A stretch of 55,589 bases of DNA, counting the filler, from Asterionella formosa (lineage: Eukaryota), in assembly GCA_002256025.1 (NCBI GenBank). It is 4 parts of 4 records of this genome, joined end to end, with 100 filler letters (N's around TTAATTAATTAA, not from the genome) between each part and the next. Parts side by side here need not be neighbours in the genome. Positions count along the whole stretch, not along the records: positions 1 to 13,836 come from NKIB01006381.1; 3 more parts are not named here. The stretch is one strand, 5' to 3'. The notes under the pieces were generated by a model that worked only from the letters and a program-made list of their open reading frames with translations, made no database searches and was not told the DNA's origin. Shown piece after piece: positions 1-13,240 of the stretch. Within the stretch, counting starts at the first letter, position 1. Every line of letters begins with the position of its first letter. Position numbers and translations under genes: made by a program.

Positions 1-1277
1 GATTTTTTCACTCCTCCCATGGAGGAAGTGCCGATGGATACAGGAGTCGTGGACAGAGCCTTGAACGGACGCGCCAAGGAAATGATGATTATAAACGATG
101 AACATGAGCCATTGTTTCAGGTCCCTTCCAAAGAGGTCATGGATGAGTTCATGAAAAACCACCAAATGAAACAGGGTATAGACTTGCCCATGATAAAGAT
201 TTCTGAACGTAATACAATCAAGGTCAACGGCGCTGTACACTCAATGGATGATCTCCTCCCGATGGATGTGTTTTCGCCTGACGCCACATATATGGATGAT
301 GGAAAGGAGAAGCCACTTCCTGCGGTTGCAATGTTTATGAAAGTTGCTTCTGATAACACCATGTTGGTGACAAAGGGACCTGGAGGAAACGTGCAAACAA
401 TTGACATTACCTATGCCGATGGATCAAATACGTTCATGGAAGAAGTTTCAGGTGGAGTACTTGCTGTCATGCTCCCTGAGGCTCGTGATAAAGAAGCAAT
501 GAGTAAATTCATAATGGCTGAGACTAAATTACTTGGTGAGAGTGGTAACAATTCCAGTGAACCTCAAATTGGACGAAGTAGCAGCGGCAACGCGAAGGAA
601 ATTGGCCTTGGGTGGCGAAAGTTGATGGAACAATCGGATTCCTCACGGGAAGAAAGGCACTTGCAATCCGGGTGCTCGATGCTCAGGGTTATTGAAGTTG
701 CTATTGCGTATGATTCATCATTTTGCTCGAAAATGAATGGGGCTAGCAATGCCAATGCCGCAGCTCAGCAGATTGTTGCTAGGGCCTCCACCCTGTATCA
801 GAACAACTTTTGTGGCAAGATCCAGATTACTTACTTAGAGGGCTTTTGTGATCCATCTACCGACCCATACGCAGCCGGTGTGAGGCCCAACCAATCTGGA
901 TGTGGAAATAGTGGTCTGCTCCAATTCTTTTCAAGTTTCTGGGGCACCAACAGAGGCTCAGTCAGGCGAGACACGGCTCATTTATTCTCTGGGACTGCTT
1001 TGGAATGCAACAATGCTGGTTGTGTTATTGGTTGTGCAAGCGTTCAAAGTCTTTGTAGTACAAGCTCCTCATATGGTGTGAACCATATAACCTTCTCTAC
1101 AGATGGCCAAATTCAGTCAAATCTCTTTGCTCATGAATTGGGACACAATTCTGGTACGTTTTGAATGCCGGTCATGATCGCTTACTTATTATTCCCAACA
1201 CTGAACCTGTCTTGTATTTGCAACAGGTTCCAGTCATGATAATCAAACCGATGGTGTGGAGTGGATCATGGAGCCGT
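1..1277 (+). CDS. M12B/reprolysin-like (metzincin) zinc metalloprotease, partial; join(<1..1153,1227..>1277), continues into N gap
   Basis: The frame is open from base 1. It contains IEVAIAYDSSFC and RDTAHLFSG. Splicing a GT..AG intron at 1154-1226 restores HELGHNSGSSHD (HExxHxxGxxH/D) followed by the Met-turn WIMEP. Confidence 0.85.
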
Positions 1278-2039
1278 NNNNNNNNNNNNNNNNNNNNNNN
1301 NNNNNNNNNNNNNNNNNNNNNNNNNNNNNNNNNNNNNNNNNNNNNNNNNNNNNNNNNNNNNNNNNNNNNNNNNNNNNNNNNNNNNNNNNNNNNNNNNNNN
1401 NNNNNNNNNNNNNNNNNNNNNNNNNNNNNNNNNNNNNNNNNNNNNNNNNNNNNNNNNNNNNNNNNNNNNNNNNNNNNNNNNNNNNNNNNNNNNNNNNNNN
1501 NNNNNNNNNNNNNNNNNNNNNNNNNNNNNNNNNNNNNNNNNNNNNNNNNNNNNNNNNNNNNNNNNNNNNNNNNNNNNNNNNNNNNNNNNNNNNNNNNNNN
1601 NNNNNNNNNNNNNNNNNNNNNNNNNNNNNNNNNNNNNNNNNNNNNNNNNNNNNNNNNNNNNNNNNNNNNNNNNNNNNNNNNNNNNNNNNNNNNNNNNNNA
1701 AGGTATACCTGCTGTGTGGCACCCGCTGACGCGAGCAGTGGTAAAACAACTTGCTGACCTACGAGTGGTGGATGGTGTGCTGCATGAAGTTGGACACAGT
1801 CCTGGATACTCATTCAGGAGGTCGATGGAAGAACTTTATGTACAAGCAAAGAGAAAAAGTAGATTTGAAATTGCGCGCTAACTAGACTGAAATGCGGCCG
1901 GCAATACCTTTAAGGGGGGAGTTAAATTGATGTGTGATACTTAGTTCTTCTTTACTGCCAAAATACCATTTGCCCAGTCAACTTTGATCGTGTCACATAC
2001 ACGTCGCCATTTGCATGTTATGCTAGCAATCAATGTATT

Positions 2040-2684
2040 TAATTCCTGAAACAAGGAAATCCAAACCCAACATAAGGTGCCAGCATACTTTCAAATCAAC
2101 CGCAGTCACAGTGTATGGGATAGTAGTTTTTTCATTGGATCCTCAGTAATGGCAAAATTCGTTGTTCTTATTTCAATGCACCTGGAGTTCTCCATGACTC
2201 CACCATGGCAATTTGGTCATCAATCTATGATTAAATTGAAATGGCTTACAGGGATACAGGTAAAAAAGTAGTTGTGGATTCAGCATTGCATCTAAGAAAT
2301 CAAATGCAATGCTGAAATCCTAATAAAATAACGTTGATGCATGTGGTGGTTGCATCTAAGAAATCAAATGCAATGCTGAAATCCTATCAAAATAACGTTG
2401 ATGCTAATGGAAATTCTTGATAAAGATTTGGTGTGCGTTAAGCAACCATCAAGCAACTTCAGTATGACAGCAGTTGTCGCAGCCAATGAGGAATGCGATG
2501 CCTTCAGGGGTACTTTCCTAGGATGAAAGATAAATTTTGTTATGAAGAGAAAAGGGAAAGAAAACTAATCACACAAATGATTGTTTTGCATAATAATTTT
2601 CGGACAAGTAAAGTTGGTCAGTATCAAATTGCTCCTGTTGAAATGCCTTATTCGCATAGAAGTGCTAACAGTTATGCATTGTAG
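2040..2684 (+). mobile_element. Decayed PIF/Harbinger (DDE_Tnp_4-like) transposase, C-terminal fragment
   Basis: Across frames: NAPGVLHDST (2176-2205), KVVVDSA (~2265-2285) and MRCLQGYFPRMKDKFCYEEKRERK..VLHNNFR..VGQYQI. Frameshifted, with an internal duplication. Confidence 0.65.
2286..2404 (+). repeat. Two-copy tandem duplication of ~55 bp
   Basis: ttgcatctaagaaatcaaatgcaatgctgaaatccta..aaataacgttgatgc at ~2286-2340 and ~2350-2404. Confidence 0.9.
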
Positions 2685-2899
2685 AGCCTTACGAACCAGA
2701 GTTAATAAGTTTGGTCAAAAGAAACACAAATTTCAACATTATGAGTACAACAATTTAGGTTACAATACAAATGATATAATGGGAGCGCTTCGAGATTAAA
2801 AAATATTAAGATTGCTTGCACCTTGTTCAAAGTTATTGTTCAATCCATACCAAGCTTGTAATAGAATTTTTTTTTTCGTGTGTATGTTATTAATGACAA

Positions 2900-3270
2900 G
2901 GGGATGGAATCATGCCTTACGGTAGTTGGTTGATCACGTTGCCTTTGATCTGAGGTTGTGAGGTTCGATTCTCGCACATATTTTTGAGAAGCAATTGTTG
3001 GGTTCGACTCCCACACTCCTTAGCATCCCGCACGGTCTTGCCTGGTGTGCAAGAAATAGTGGGTTGCCCCCATACAAGCAGCTTGTGCCGCCTTCCTAGG
3101 CGGGCGGAGTTTCCCCTAACACTGTGGCTAAGACAATCATCTTTCGTGAAGGGTGGTTGGGAACTCACCTATGCTGTCAAAACTAGGGAAGCACAGGTCT
3201 TGTCGGCAGACAGCACAATGAATACTTGCCTTGAAAAAGGGGGTAGAAATGGGCTGTAAAAGAGATTATC
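2900..3270 (+). mobile_element. tRNA-headed SINE family 1, copy A
   Basis: A-box-like tagttggt and two B boxes (GGTTCGATTC at 2962, GGTTCGACTCC at 3001). The body is shared with 32628-32970 and 34238-34465. AT-rich tail. Confidence 0.75.
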
Positions 3271-5192
3271 ATTTATCTTAATCAAGGCATATGCGAAGAA
3301 TGGAGGTGACAAAGCAACTCTTGCTAAATTTTCAATCTTGTCGAAGAAGCAGGGAGTTTTGCTGGATTCTGTTTTTCAGCGGTAGAACATCGTCTTTTTT
3401 ATGTTTCGAGTTGCATGGGGCTTTGGCAACAGCCAAGAAAAATGACCAGGAGACCAGAACAAAAATGATGGCGCACTCAGTAGCCTATTCTCCCTTCTCT
3501 GTCAGGTCCATAAAACAAGACATAGTAGCCTAGTCTGCCTAAGAAGAAGTTTGTTGTAGATCTGCACAGTAGAAATTTCCCTTTGTGCGTGGGATCCCGC
3601 ATTGGAAACCCATCTTGGTGATGGATCAGGGTAAACTCTTGATCAAGGTTGGGAAACTGTGGAAGCCCGACACCCAGAAGACCGTTTTCGCCCCCATATG
3701 GCTGTTTCGTTGTGACAAGTTGCTCATCACTCAAGGCACAGGCTGATTTCGATTTCATTTTATGGCCAATCTGCCAGCAGCAAAAGCTGTATTTATATTT
3801 GACCTGGTGATTAAAGCTGATGTGGTCAGTGACCAACAATGGTGAAATGATGCACCTCAATTATATTATATATCATGTAAAGAAATGTATAAGAGGAGGC
3901 AAAACAAACAAGAGCATGCATTGCTATGAAAATTTAACTTTTAAAAATTATGGTTAGATTTTTATTTTAGGTCAGATAAGTTACCTAAAATAATTCAAGT
4001 ATCAGACCGCAATGACAGTACTGGTATTAATTATTAAATCACGAAAGAATATTTGTCACTTAATAATTTATCACAAACAAATTTGGTGTCACTTCGAAGC
4101 GTGCCCAATTTTTTTTTAATCAGAGCGCACCCAGTATCAGACGTACGACGCACAAATGCTTCACAGGAACAAACAAACATCCGTTTTGCTGTACTCTAAC
4201 GAACGTCGTCTACTTTGGGAAGACAAAACTCCCCATTTTTCTGTCCTGATTAAGAAGCGGTTGTCGTCCGATGAGTCACTATTGCTGGCAATTTCTTCAT
4301 TATGCAAAAATTTTGTAGCCATCTGCCAAAAGGATTGTACCTGGACATCATGATTTTTCATTTACAACAATGTCCCTTACACAACATTCTCTACCTATTT
4401 CTACTCATACTCTACCTATTTCTACTCATGGATTTTTTGTCTTTTTCATGTTTTGCTCGATAGTGTCGGAAAACAACATTCGCATATTCATGATGATCAT
4501 TATTTCTTCAACCAAGTGACGTGTTCTGATATTTCAACTTCAATGGCTTTTCGCTTTTGGTCGTTATGATGAAGATGTTCTTATGTATATAAAGATAAGG
4601 GATCATGGTCTTTTCTGGATAAATTAATTTTTCAAAGACATATTGTACATTTTCGGTAATGGCGTCTCAATGTCTGCAACACCCGAACCATCAGGTCAGC
4701 GTCAAACGAACAAGTCGAAGTCATTATCACTTTTCAGCAGTGATCATTCCTAATAATTGTACATGAAAGTCTCGCTTATAAGTGCAATTAGATTGAATGA
4801 CTAAATTTGGAGAGATCTGTTTATTTAGGTAGACAGGCTTTTAATTCCTCTCCCTTGTTTCGTATGTATGTATACTCCGGAGTACCGGTATTCTTACTTT
4901 TCGTCCGCTTGGTAGTCTGGGCACCTCAGGAGCTCGTGTCACGTGCACTTGGCATTTGTGGAATCATTCCTGTGGCCAACTACGTGTATCCCATTTGATC
5001 AATTATCTATAACTCACTTTGAGATAGAAAGTAAAGTGAAGAAAGGCTGCCGACGTTGCTGCTATCCAGCGAGACGATTTCGATTGCATTTCCTTTCCCA
5101 TCCTGCCTGTTGTCGCTCAGCAATCGCTTTATCGACCCACTTTCTTGAATCCCTAATAAAGAAACAAGAACTGCCACTAAATACTTTTCATC

Positions 5193-7750
5193 ATGAGCAG
5201 CAATTTACTTTCGATCCTCCCTTTAGTCAGCATCCTGACAGCGGCCGTATTTATTTCCGTGCACGTGGCGTCAAGCGGAACAAAGTCGGTTTCGTCAGCA
5301 TCCGCCAATGAAAACGTTGTTGGAGGACCATTGAGCAACGGGGGAGGACTCGTATCATTTACCTACACACCGACGACAGCACCAAACTCTGATTTACAGT
5401 TTGTACCAGTCCCCACTGCCATGGTGTTTGCACATATTATACCACAAATCAGTGACGTAATACCAACTGCACCCCCCAAGCCACAACTTGTGAATAATCC
5501 TCCGACACAACCAACCATGTAAGTACGCTGTTGGAAGAAACAATCAGGTTGTTGTTTGCGAGCGTGTCTGTGTTTTCCAGTTTCATGGATTGATTGCAAT
5601 ATATGCTTTGCCTTTTTCGGACATTGCCTGTGTCAATGCAGGTACTTGTCCATTTATTCTAGACATGATCCAACGTATGTTGGATGAGGAAAGTTGGATT
5701 GTCATCCGAAACTAACTCAATCTACACCCCTCCCCTTTACAATTTCTCCTTCAGTGATTCTGCACTTTTAAACAACAATGGATCACCTGTTCAGCAAGGT
5801 TTGAACATTCCCCTAGGACAACCGACTCTAGATCCAACGTTGTTGGCACCTGTTAGCCTTGGTTGGAACATACCAAAGGGTGAACCGACTCCAGATCCAG
5901 CACTGTTACCCAAGCAAGGGACACCTTCTGCTGTACAAGGTTGGAACATACCAAAGGGTGAACCGACTCCAGATCCAGCACTTTTACCTAAGCAAGGGAC
6001 ACCTTCCGCTGTACAAGGTTGGAACATACCAAAGGGTGAACCGACTCCGGATCCAGCGTTGTTACCCGAGCAAGGGACACCATCTGTTGTTCTTGGTTGG
6101 AACATACCAAAGGGTGAACCGACTCCAGATCCAGCGTTGTTGCCTACTCTCATAGGATCCCCACTGGTACAGTATTCGCAAACTCCGAGAAAGCCTCATT
6201 CTACTGTGCGTCCTTTGGAATTTGGTACTTCAGCACCATCAATAAATTCATCCCCTTCACTTCCATCCCTTCCTGTCGGTAAACCCACCAAATCACCTAC
6301 CAAGAAACCTAGTCCACCGAAGCGATCGCCAACAGTTAGTCCTGTGTTATCCCCTCCAGTGTTTCGTCCCACAACAAGTCCAGGGCCATCGTCCCTGCCA
6401 TATGGCGGTCCTGCCATAGTTGCCCCCACTTCGACAAGACAGCCTGTCGCTAAACCATCTCGACCACCTGCAACATCAGTGGCGAAGACGCCATCGCCGA
6501 CAAAGGGGGTGCCGACAAATGTTTCGCCATCGTATCCTTCTCCGATACAACCTACCAAGGGAAATGCGCCTTCGACTTCGACTGTCCCTTTTCCGCCTTC
6601 AGTGTCACCTCCTACTCCTTTAGTTCGTCCTCCAAGTCCGCCTTCGGTACCAGGTCCGGCAACGTTACCAAGTCCGCCTTCGGTACCAGGTCCGCCTACG
6701 TTTCCAGGTCCGCCTACGTTACCAAGTCCGCCTTCGGTACCAGGACCTCCTGTGTCGCCTTCACAAGTAACTGGTGGACTACCAACTGAAATCTTAATCC
6801 AAACTGGTGGGGAAGGGGCACAAGTTGTTATTGGGATCAACGTCGATCCCAACGCCGATCCTAAAGTGGTAGTTTCCTCCGGCAGCGGTGTTGGTAGTAA
6901 CCCCTGGTGGAATGTCACGTCGACCGTCCCTCCGACTTCCGAACCACTTATTGCAAAGCACAATGAAGTTTTTCTCAAGGGTTGTGATCCACTTCAGTGT
7001 GTCTTGAATGAAACAGCTACATTTAATAGCATGTCAAACGAAGATGAGTCCATTTACGAAATCTTTTACACTAATCCTATCAAGTGTTGTCGAGTTATTG
7101 TAGAGATTGGCGTTGGTAACGGAGAACGCCATTCGGTATCGAAATTCTTTGAAGATGCCTTGAAATGGCGACCACTTCTGATTGAGGCCAATCCAGACAT
7201 TTATAAAGAATTACAAGTCAACCGTCCGAACACTACAAAAGTCAACGGTGCCTTTTGCGAAAGTCATTCCATGACGTTTGAAAATGGAAAGTTTCATGCC
7301 GTTGGTGGGTCCGTAGAGGTTACTTCAGAGTTGCAAACTTTGAGTAATAGTACAAACGGTGCGAACCAAACAATTCCATGCCTTCAAATGGACAGTGTCT
7401 TTAGTGAAAACGGGATAACCAAAGTGGATGTTATGGTGATACGTGTACCTGGTGATGCTCTTGCTTACATTCGGTCCATGGACTGGACGGTTCGAGTCGA
7501 CATTTGGATAATACTTATGCATGGACAGCAGTCTAAACAAGATCGAGATGACTTAGTTCGTACTGTGCTGTCGAAGAATGAATATGTCCAAGCAGAATGG
7601 GATATCAAGAGGTGGTGTGCTGATACTGGTGCGTGTTTAAACAATGAAGTATTTTTGAGAAAGGGGTTCAACCCTTTGCCTGGTGAGCTTGCTGAGTTAC
7701 AGCGAGGGTTGAGACAAAATCTGAGGGGAAGACATGGAAAGCAAGAATAG
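5193..7750 (+). CDS. Membrane-anchored or secreted Pro-rich repeat protein with C-terminal FkbM (Methyltransf_21)-like domain; join(5193..5518,5755..7750)
   Basis: GTAAGT donor at 5519, ACTAAC branch at 5711 and TTCAG acceptor at 5754 join the two ORFs in frame. Hydrophobic N-terminus. C-terminal IVEIGVGNG..SKFFEDALKWRPLLIEANP motif. Confidence 0.8.
5861..6145 (+). repeat. Coding tandem repeat, 78 bp/26 aa (GWNIPKGEPTPDPALLPKQGTPSAVQ), ~3.7 copies plus a degenerate upstream copy
   Basis: Units start at 5861, 5939, 6017 and 6095. Confidence 0.95.
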
Positions 7751-8159
7751 AGCCATGTAAATTTGTGTAAAGTATAACTATGCGGCTTCTGTTTGGACTG
7801 CTCCTGGGATAAAATAATGAAAGATCTATAAAACTATTATAAAGCTGCATGATAAGCAAGGAACCTGAACTAATATGCTTGAAAATTTTTCAATTACATC
7901 ATAAAGTACATTAAAGCTATCCAATAAGCATACTTGGGAATAATAAATGGACAAAATTAGAACTGGCTTTATTCATCCAAACATTACAACTGGGAACTAT
8001 CTCTTCTTCAGCCACACACCCCGGCACCTGAAGGACTACACAAAAAGAAAGGTGGAGAATGCAGGAATCAAACCCACCCTTTCAGAAGGTGTGCTAACCA
8101 ATCATAATAATCAATGACATTCAACATTGTCATTGTCATCAATGTCATTATTATTATTT

Positions 8160-8279
8160 TTTTGTTGTTGTTGTTGTTGTTGTTGCTGTTGTTGCTGTTG
8201 TTGCTGTTGTTGCTGTTGCTGCTGTTGTTGCTGTTGTTGCTGTTGTTGCTGTTGCTGCTGTTGCTGCTGTTGTTGCTGA
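8160..8279 (+). repeat. Compound (TTG/CTG)n microsatellite
   Basis: Directly visible trinucleotide run. Confidence 0.95.
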
Positions 8280-8449
8280 TGTTTCTCTCTATTGCAGGTA
8301 CTAAGGGCGTCTCAAATGGTACAGCACTGGAGTACAACCATCAGATCTTATCATCGACCTCTTTCATCATTTTAGCCAATGGTCCCTCATCCCTTTCATC
8401 GTATAATTCCTCATTTCGGTGTATCAAAAAATCGATACCTACTTGACAT

Positions 8450-11400
8450 AAGCCCATTATTAGATCTTGGATCCTCCTTCCACTAGAGTGTCATAGCTGG
8501 TCTCAACATTGTCTGGTAAGCTATGAGGACCTCATGACAATGTAATTTGAATGTGGAAATATAGCAACTCATTTTGTCCAACAGTATTTATCTTATATTC
8601 ATCTTGATTGCTTCCCTATGGAGATTACATGGCCCCAAGATTGCATGCCCTGCTTTTACATCCCTTTGAGGGATATTCATGAAAGTGGTATATTTGTTCC
8701 ATGAAGTTAGCTTGATCTCGACATTTGTCTCATCTTTACTCAAAATTGAATATTATATTTATCATGTTGGTACTTCCAAACCAGAGCAACAAAGAAAGAT
8801 TTCTCCAGAGCCAACAAAGCTCCACTTGTGGTGTATAACAACTGCTCTCAAAACTGTGCAATATCCTGCATACCTGACAATGAGAATGATTGTCTATTGC
8901 AAGAAAAAGCTCAGTATCATCAACGTAGGTTTCTGTTGCAAAGGATAGACTTTGTCTTCTTCTGGGGTTGGTGAGGAATAACATACCTGGGGACAGTTTG
9001 CTTCGATATTGCTCCTAGAAATGCAAACGTAATTGCTAGCCAAAGACTGGGGGAAGCACCTGATCCCTGTAGTGTGCCAAGAACCCAATCTTGAAGGTTG
9101 GAATAGGAATCTGCTGATATACCTGAAGCTGTTTCAGCCTTTTATTTCATGTGTTCCAAAGTACTACGAAGTGCTCAGACCGAGTTTTCACAGTCCCCCA
9201 GACGTTGCAGCACTATACTAGCTCCAACCAATGGAATCATCCAATCAAATGCCGCTTCGCCATCATTGTTAAAAATTATCGTTGCATATCCTGATATCAT
9301 CATAAAAGTCAATCGTTTCATAATACTTGCGTCTTCAGATGATTGATTTGGTCGTGATCCCCATTGTAATGGTGATGTAATATTGCAGTCCAATGCCTGG
9401 CGGTGCATGAGCCATTGGCCAAAAACTGTATTTAGGTCTACTTCTAATAACTGAATCACATGGAATTTTTCCAGACAGATAGTGCCAACTACCTTCTAAA
9501 ACATCACCTGCAGAATGCTGGTCCACTGTGCCAATGTGAAACCATATTCAAATGGGCAGGGACAAAAATTTCGAATATACGAAAATACATGGATCAGATG
9601 TCAAAGTGGCTTGGTAATGACCTAAGTGTCTCCTACTTGGTTAAGATGATGTTTTTTCTGATGCCTTCAAAAATCCAGATTTCTAATCTTCCACAGAGAT
9701 TGCTGCCAATACCAGATCCTTTCCATTCTCCTGGTTGGGGTATGCCATTACTTGAATACATGCTACAATAGCTTCATTTAAAGATCAGCTGTGCCCTTGA
9801 GAAATGATTCAGAAAATTGATTAAATTGAAATGGATGAACCTGAATTCCAAAGTATCCCTCCACAATGGGAGTTTGACTGGCTTCGTTCGAGAATCTGGC
9901 TTAATATTGCACTTGAGTCTGTAATAGTTTGGAATGATGTAATTTCTCCTGTCTCGTCACATATATGTTTCTCAACTCTTTTCAAGCTTGTGTGGATTAC
10001 TCCTTTTCCATACCTTGCTCTTCAATTTCGGTCATAACTTCTTTGGTTTGTTACCATGAGAGAACTCCTCATGTACACGTTTGTCCAGGTATGCTTTCCG
10101 AAGGGATATGGATTTGTCTTGAACTACTAAGTTGAAAATAAACCATGCATCCTCTAATGTGCGTAAAAATTTCTCGTCAGGGTTGATCATTGTCAGGCCT
10201 TATAGATGCCTTTGATTTTGTGAAATATGTTCTACACTGTTGAGGCCTGCTTTGTAACTTCGCAAACAATTATTCAAAAAGTGACCACCTTTCCTGCTGA
10301 TGCTAGCTCTGGAGACCAACCGTATCCAAGTTTTTGCGTAATTTTTTCTTCTCAGCGTGAAAAACAGCGGCAGTAATCTGATGGTCAAATATGTCAGCTT
10401 CTTGTTTAATTGACTGAACATTATGGTTGGTGCAGACTCTTTCAATTTCATACATTTTTCAAAAATATCATGTGCCAACATTGTGTATATGCTATTTCCG
10501 AATATGGCCTGTTTTGTTCTTTATTTTTAGTCCTCAAACCACGGTTTTTTGGGGCAGTCGGATTGGAGCTTTTGTCCGCAAAAAAACACTCTCCTTTAAG
10601 TCGATGAATAATGCCCTGTGATCAGAGAATTTTAACCCATCTTCATTAGTATTCATTCTTCCTTTGGTAGCTGTTGCAGAAATTTTTTGGTTCTCAGGAT
10701 GTAGTCTATTTTTTGGTTCTCCCTTGTATACTACGTTGGAGGTAGTTGGGTTGGGGGTTAATCCTCATGAAGATCCACTAAATACATTGATTCAATAAAT
10801 GTATAAAATTTCTTCTTTATATTCAGAGTTCGCATCCATTAGGAGAAAATGTTTGTTACCCTGAGCCTGAAAACCTTGTATTTGTTGACATCAGTTGCTC
10901 CAAAAGTGATGGTATGGATTACAGTTATCATCAAACATTGGTTCAAGTTTCCTCCATTGTTGCATATATGTAGTCTCCATACCTAGACCGGAATGAGTTT
11001 TCTGGCTCACCTGGTATGCCTTAATGATCACTCATTGAAATCATCATTCATTTAAAATCGTGCCCAGCTCCTGATCCGAGCCTTCTTGTTCCACCAGTCT
11101 CCAAAACAAATGGGAAGTACACATCGCTCATGCTTACACCTCCACGTTGCAAAACCCTAGTATTGGACCCCTGGTTGCAAAATGCATGATTAAACCTCAA
11201 TTCTGTGTATCCCATTGACATTAATAGCCGGCATGGGAGCAAACTTCATTTGCTGCCTTGTCCAGTCTCTATTAATCTTGTCGTTGCCATAGATAATTTG
11301 AAGTGCATTGAAAATTTCATTAAGTTTTGTCTCAAAATGACTTGTTAAACTTCTCCTGTCTTTATGTTCCAAAGAGCCATACATGCGCCTACGATGACTG

Positions 11401-13240
11401 TTTGAGAGATTCCAAAGGTCGATTCTTGTAGTCGTAAGGAAGGGTGAGTCATGAAAAAAAATTTCATTTTTGGCGTGGTTGTAAGAATGTCGCTACTTCC
11501 GCAAATTTTCCGTTTTGCGTTGCCCTTGTTGATGGATCAACTTTATTTCCACCGATTTAGGTAACATTCTATTACTGCGCATTTTAGCTGGTCGCATATC
11601 TTTGTGCTCCGCTGGGTTAATAGACATGTATGTTGTTGATTTCAATATGATTTCATCAAACCCCGAACAATTGAAATTAGGGATTTGTCAGCAGATGTGT
11701 CATCTCGAGAAATATGAATGTTGTTCATTTTACAGTTGAGTGTAGCAGGACCAGTGTGGTTGGGACCATGTTCAACTTTGATCTTTATCCTGTGGACTTT
11801 TTTAGTGTTCATTGAGTCCCTTATGATTCCTTTCTTGTACAATTCTTCTTTAGTTGTATATTGTGGTAATTGTATATTCTTGCGTTTCTCGTTGATGCTA
11901 CTAGGAGAAATCACTGATGCATGTTGCAATCAATAAGTGGGGACCGCGATTTTCTTAGTAATATACAGGTATGTAACGGTAATGGAAAACAATTATATCC
12001 TTATGAATTGCATAAAATTGCGAAGAAAAGTTTTAAGTACGCGTTATAGTCCCTTGACTATAGTGGAGTTTGTTGGGTCGCACTGTGGCCAAGAAGGCCA
12101 GGATTGTAGATGTAGGACATTGGAGTCGGGCAAGAAGCTCATGTGGCTCTTAGAGTGTGGAGGAGAAATTTTTTGTAAGAGTAGTAATAGTTGTGATTCA
12201 GGCAAGGAGCCCATGTGGCTTTTAGAGTATGGTGAATACATTGATTGAACAGGAAGTAATGAGTGAGGATAGAACTGACAACATAAGTTGTCCAAACAGA
12301 TTTAAAGTAGGGCTTGAAGAAAACTTGAAAAGATATGTGATGTGTTGTATGCATTGGAAGAAAGAAGAGAGAGATTGAAAAATAGATTGGAAGCAATGGA
12401 AGACAAAATTGATAAGAGATCAATAATCAGAGGAATGAAAGGCTGCTGTCAATATGAATTGATAGCTAATGGAACTTTGGAAGTTTGTTTACACTACAGC
12501 TGATTTGATTTGCTGGTAACCAAAAGAACGATAGGGTAAAACCGGGATGGAAGCATATTATTGCTGGAAGGGAGGTCTTGACAGTGCTGGGATCCTCGAC
12601 TTGCTTGTTTTTGAGGTGTCATTGAGTAAATTGGACGAGTGTTGTCAGGTTTTGGCAATAAACAAATGAGCAATACTTGATGAAATGATGAATTCAACAG
12701 TAGATTAGTTGAGACAAGAAGATAGCTTGGATTGCCAATGAAGTAGATAGATCAGAGGAAAATGAAATTCCTACAGCCTTTGGTACCCGGTGGCAGAGAG
12801 TGTGGGGCGCAGCAATAGAAAACAGTATTTTGGAATTTCCGGAGGGTCTTGGGATCTTCAAGGTGAAAATGAGAGGACTAGAAGTGGTAGAGAGGGACAG
12901 GAAGCTGGTGGGATTAAGAATAAGCAGTCGTTTGACAAATGTGCTGTCAGAGGCGCGCAAAGTAGGCGAAAGTTGTTTCCTCAGGAAGAAACAGGTGGAT
13001 TTGACTAATTTTTGCTGTGGAGTGACCAGCAGGTTTAACAGTGAAAGTTGAGCATGAAAAAGAGTGGAGGAGGGGTAAACAAAAGGAGTGGCAGTGTCCA
13101 AAGAGGACATGGTGACTGAGGAGGGGCTCAGCAGCAGCGCTACAGACTGCCAACGTAGGCTAAGTACAAAGAAAAATAGAGGAAAGTCGGGATTGTAACC
13201 CGGAAAGTTCAATGTTGCGACGTTGAAACTATCATGCATT
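8450..13240 (-). mobile_element. Decayed non-LTR retrotransposon (Ambal-like LINE): RT plus probable AP-endonuclease and ORF1 remnants
   Basis: Minus-strand RT motifs QWGSRPNQSSEDA..K.LT..FNNDGEAAFDWMIP (9175-9459) and YVDDT (~8915-8930). Endonuclease-like LQRGG and HSGLG fragments at ~10980-11160. Many stops and frameshifts. Boundaries approximate. Confidence 0.7.

Noticed and set aside
1700..1881. Post-gap frame containing HEVGHSPG, a possible second zinc motif
   Set aside because: It lacks the third His, and the frame cannot be fixed across the gap. A Cys-rich alternative frame ending at 1757 is equally plausible as the protease C-terminus.
3110..3125. CCCTAAC in the SINE as telomerase template or twister ribozyme start
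   Set aside because: Too short for a template with alignment region. Downstream twister elements are absent and the copies are degenerate.
5861..6145. Regular repeats as a CRISPR array
   Set aside because: In-frame 78-bp coding units with no unique spacers, in a eukaryotic context with no cas genes. The 39420-39805 repeat also lacks invariant repeats and unique spacers.
6196..6978. 260-aa Gly-rich antisense ORF (also 36737-37348)
   Set aside because: Shadow of the sense-strand coding sequence.
8068..8446. Poly-Leu and poly-Asn/Ser ORFs
   Set aside because: By-products of the trinucleotide microsatellite.
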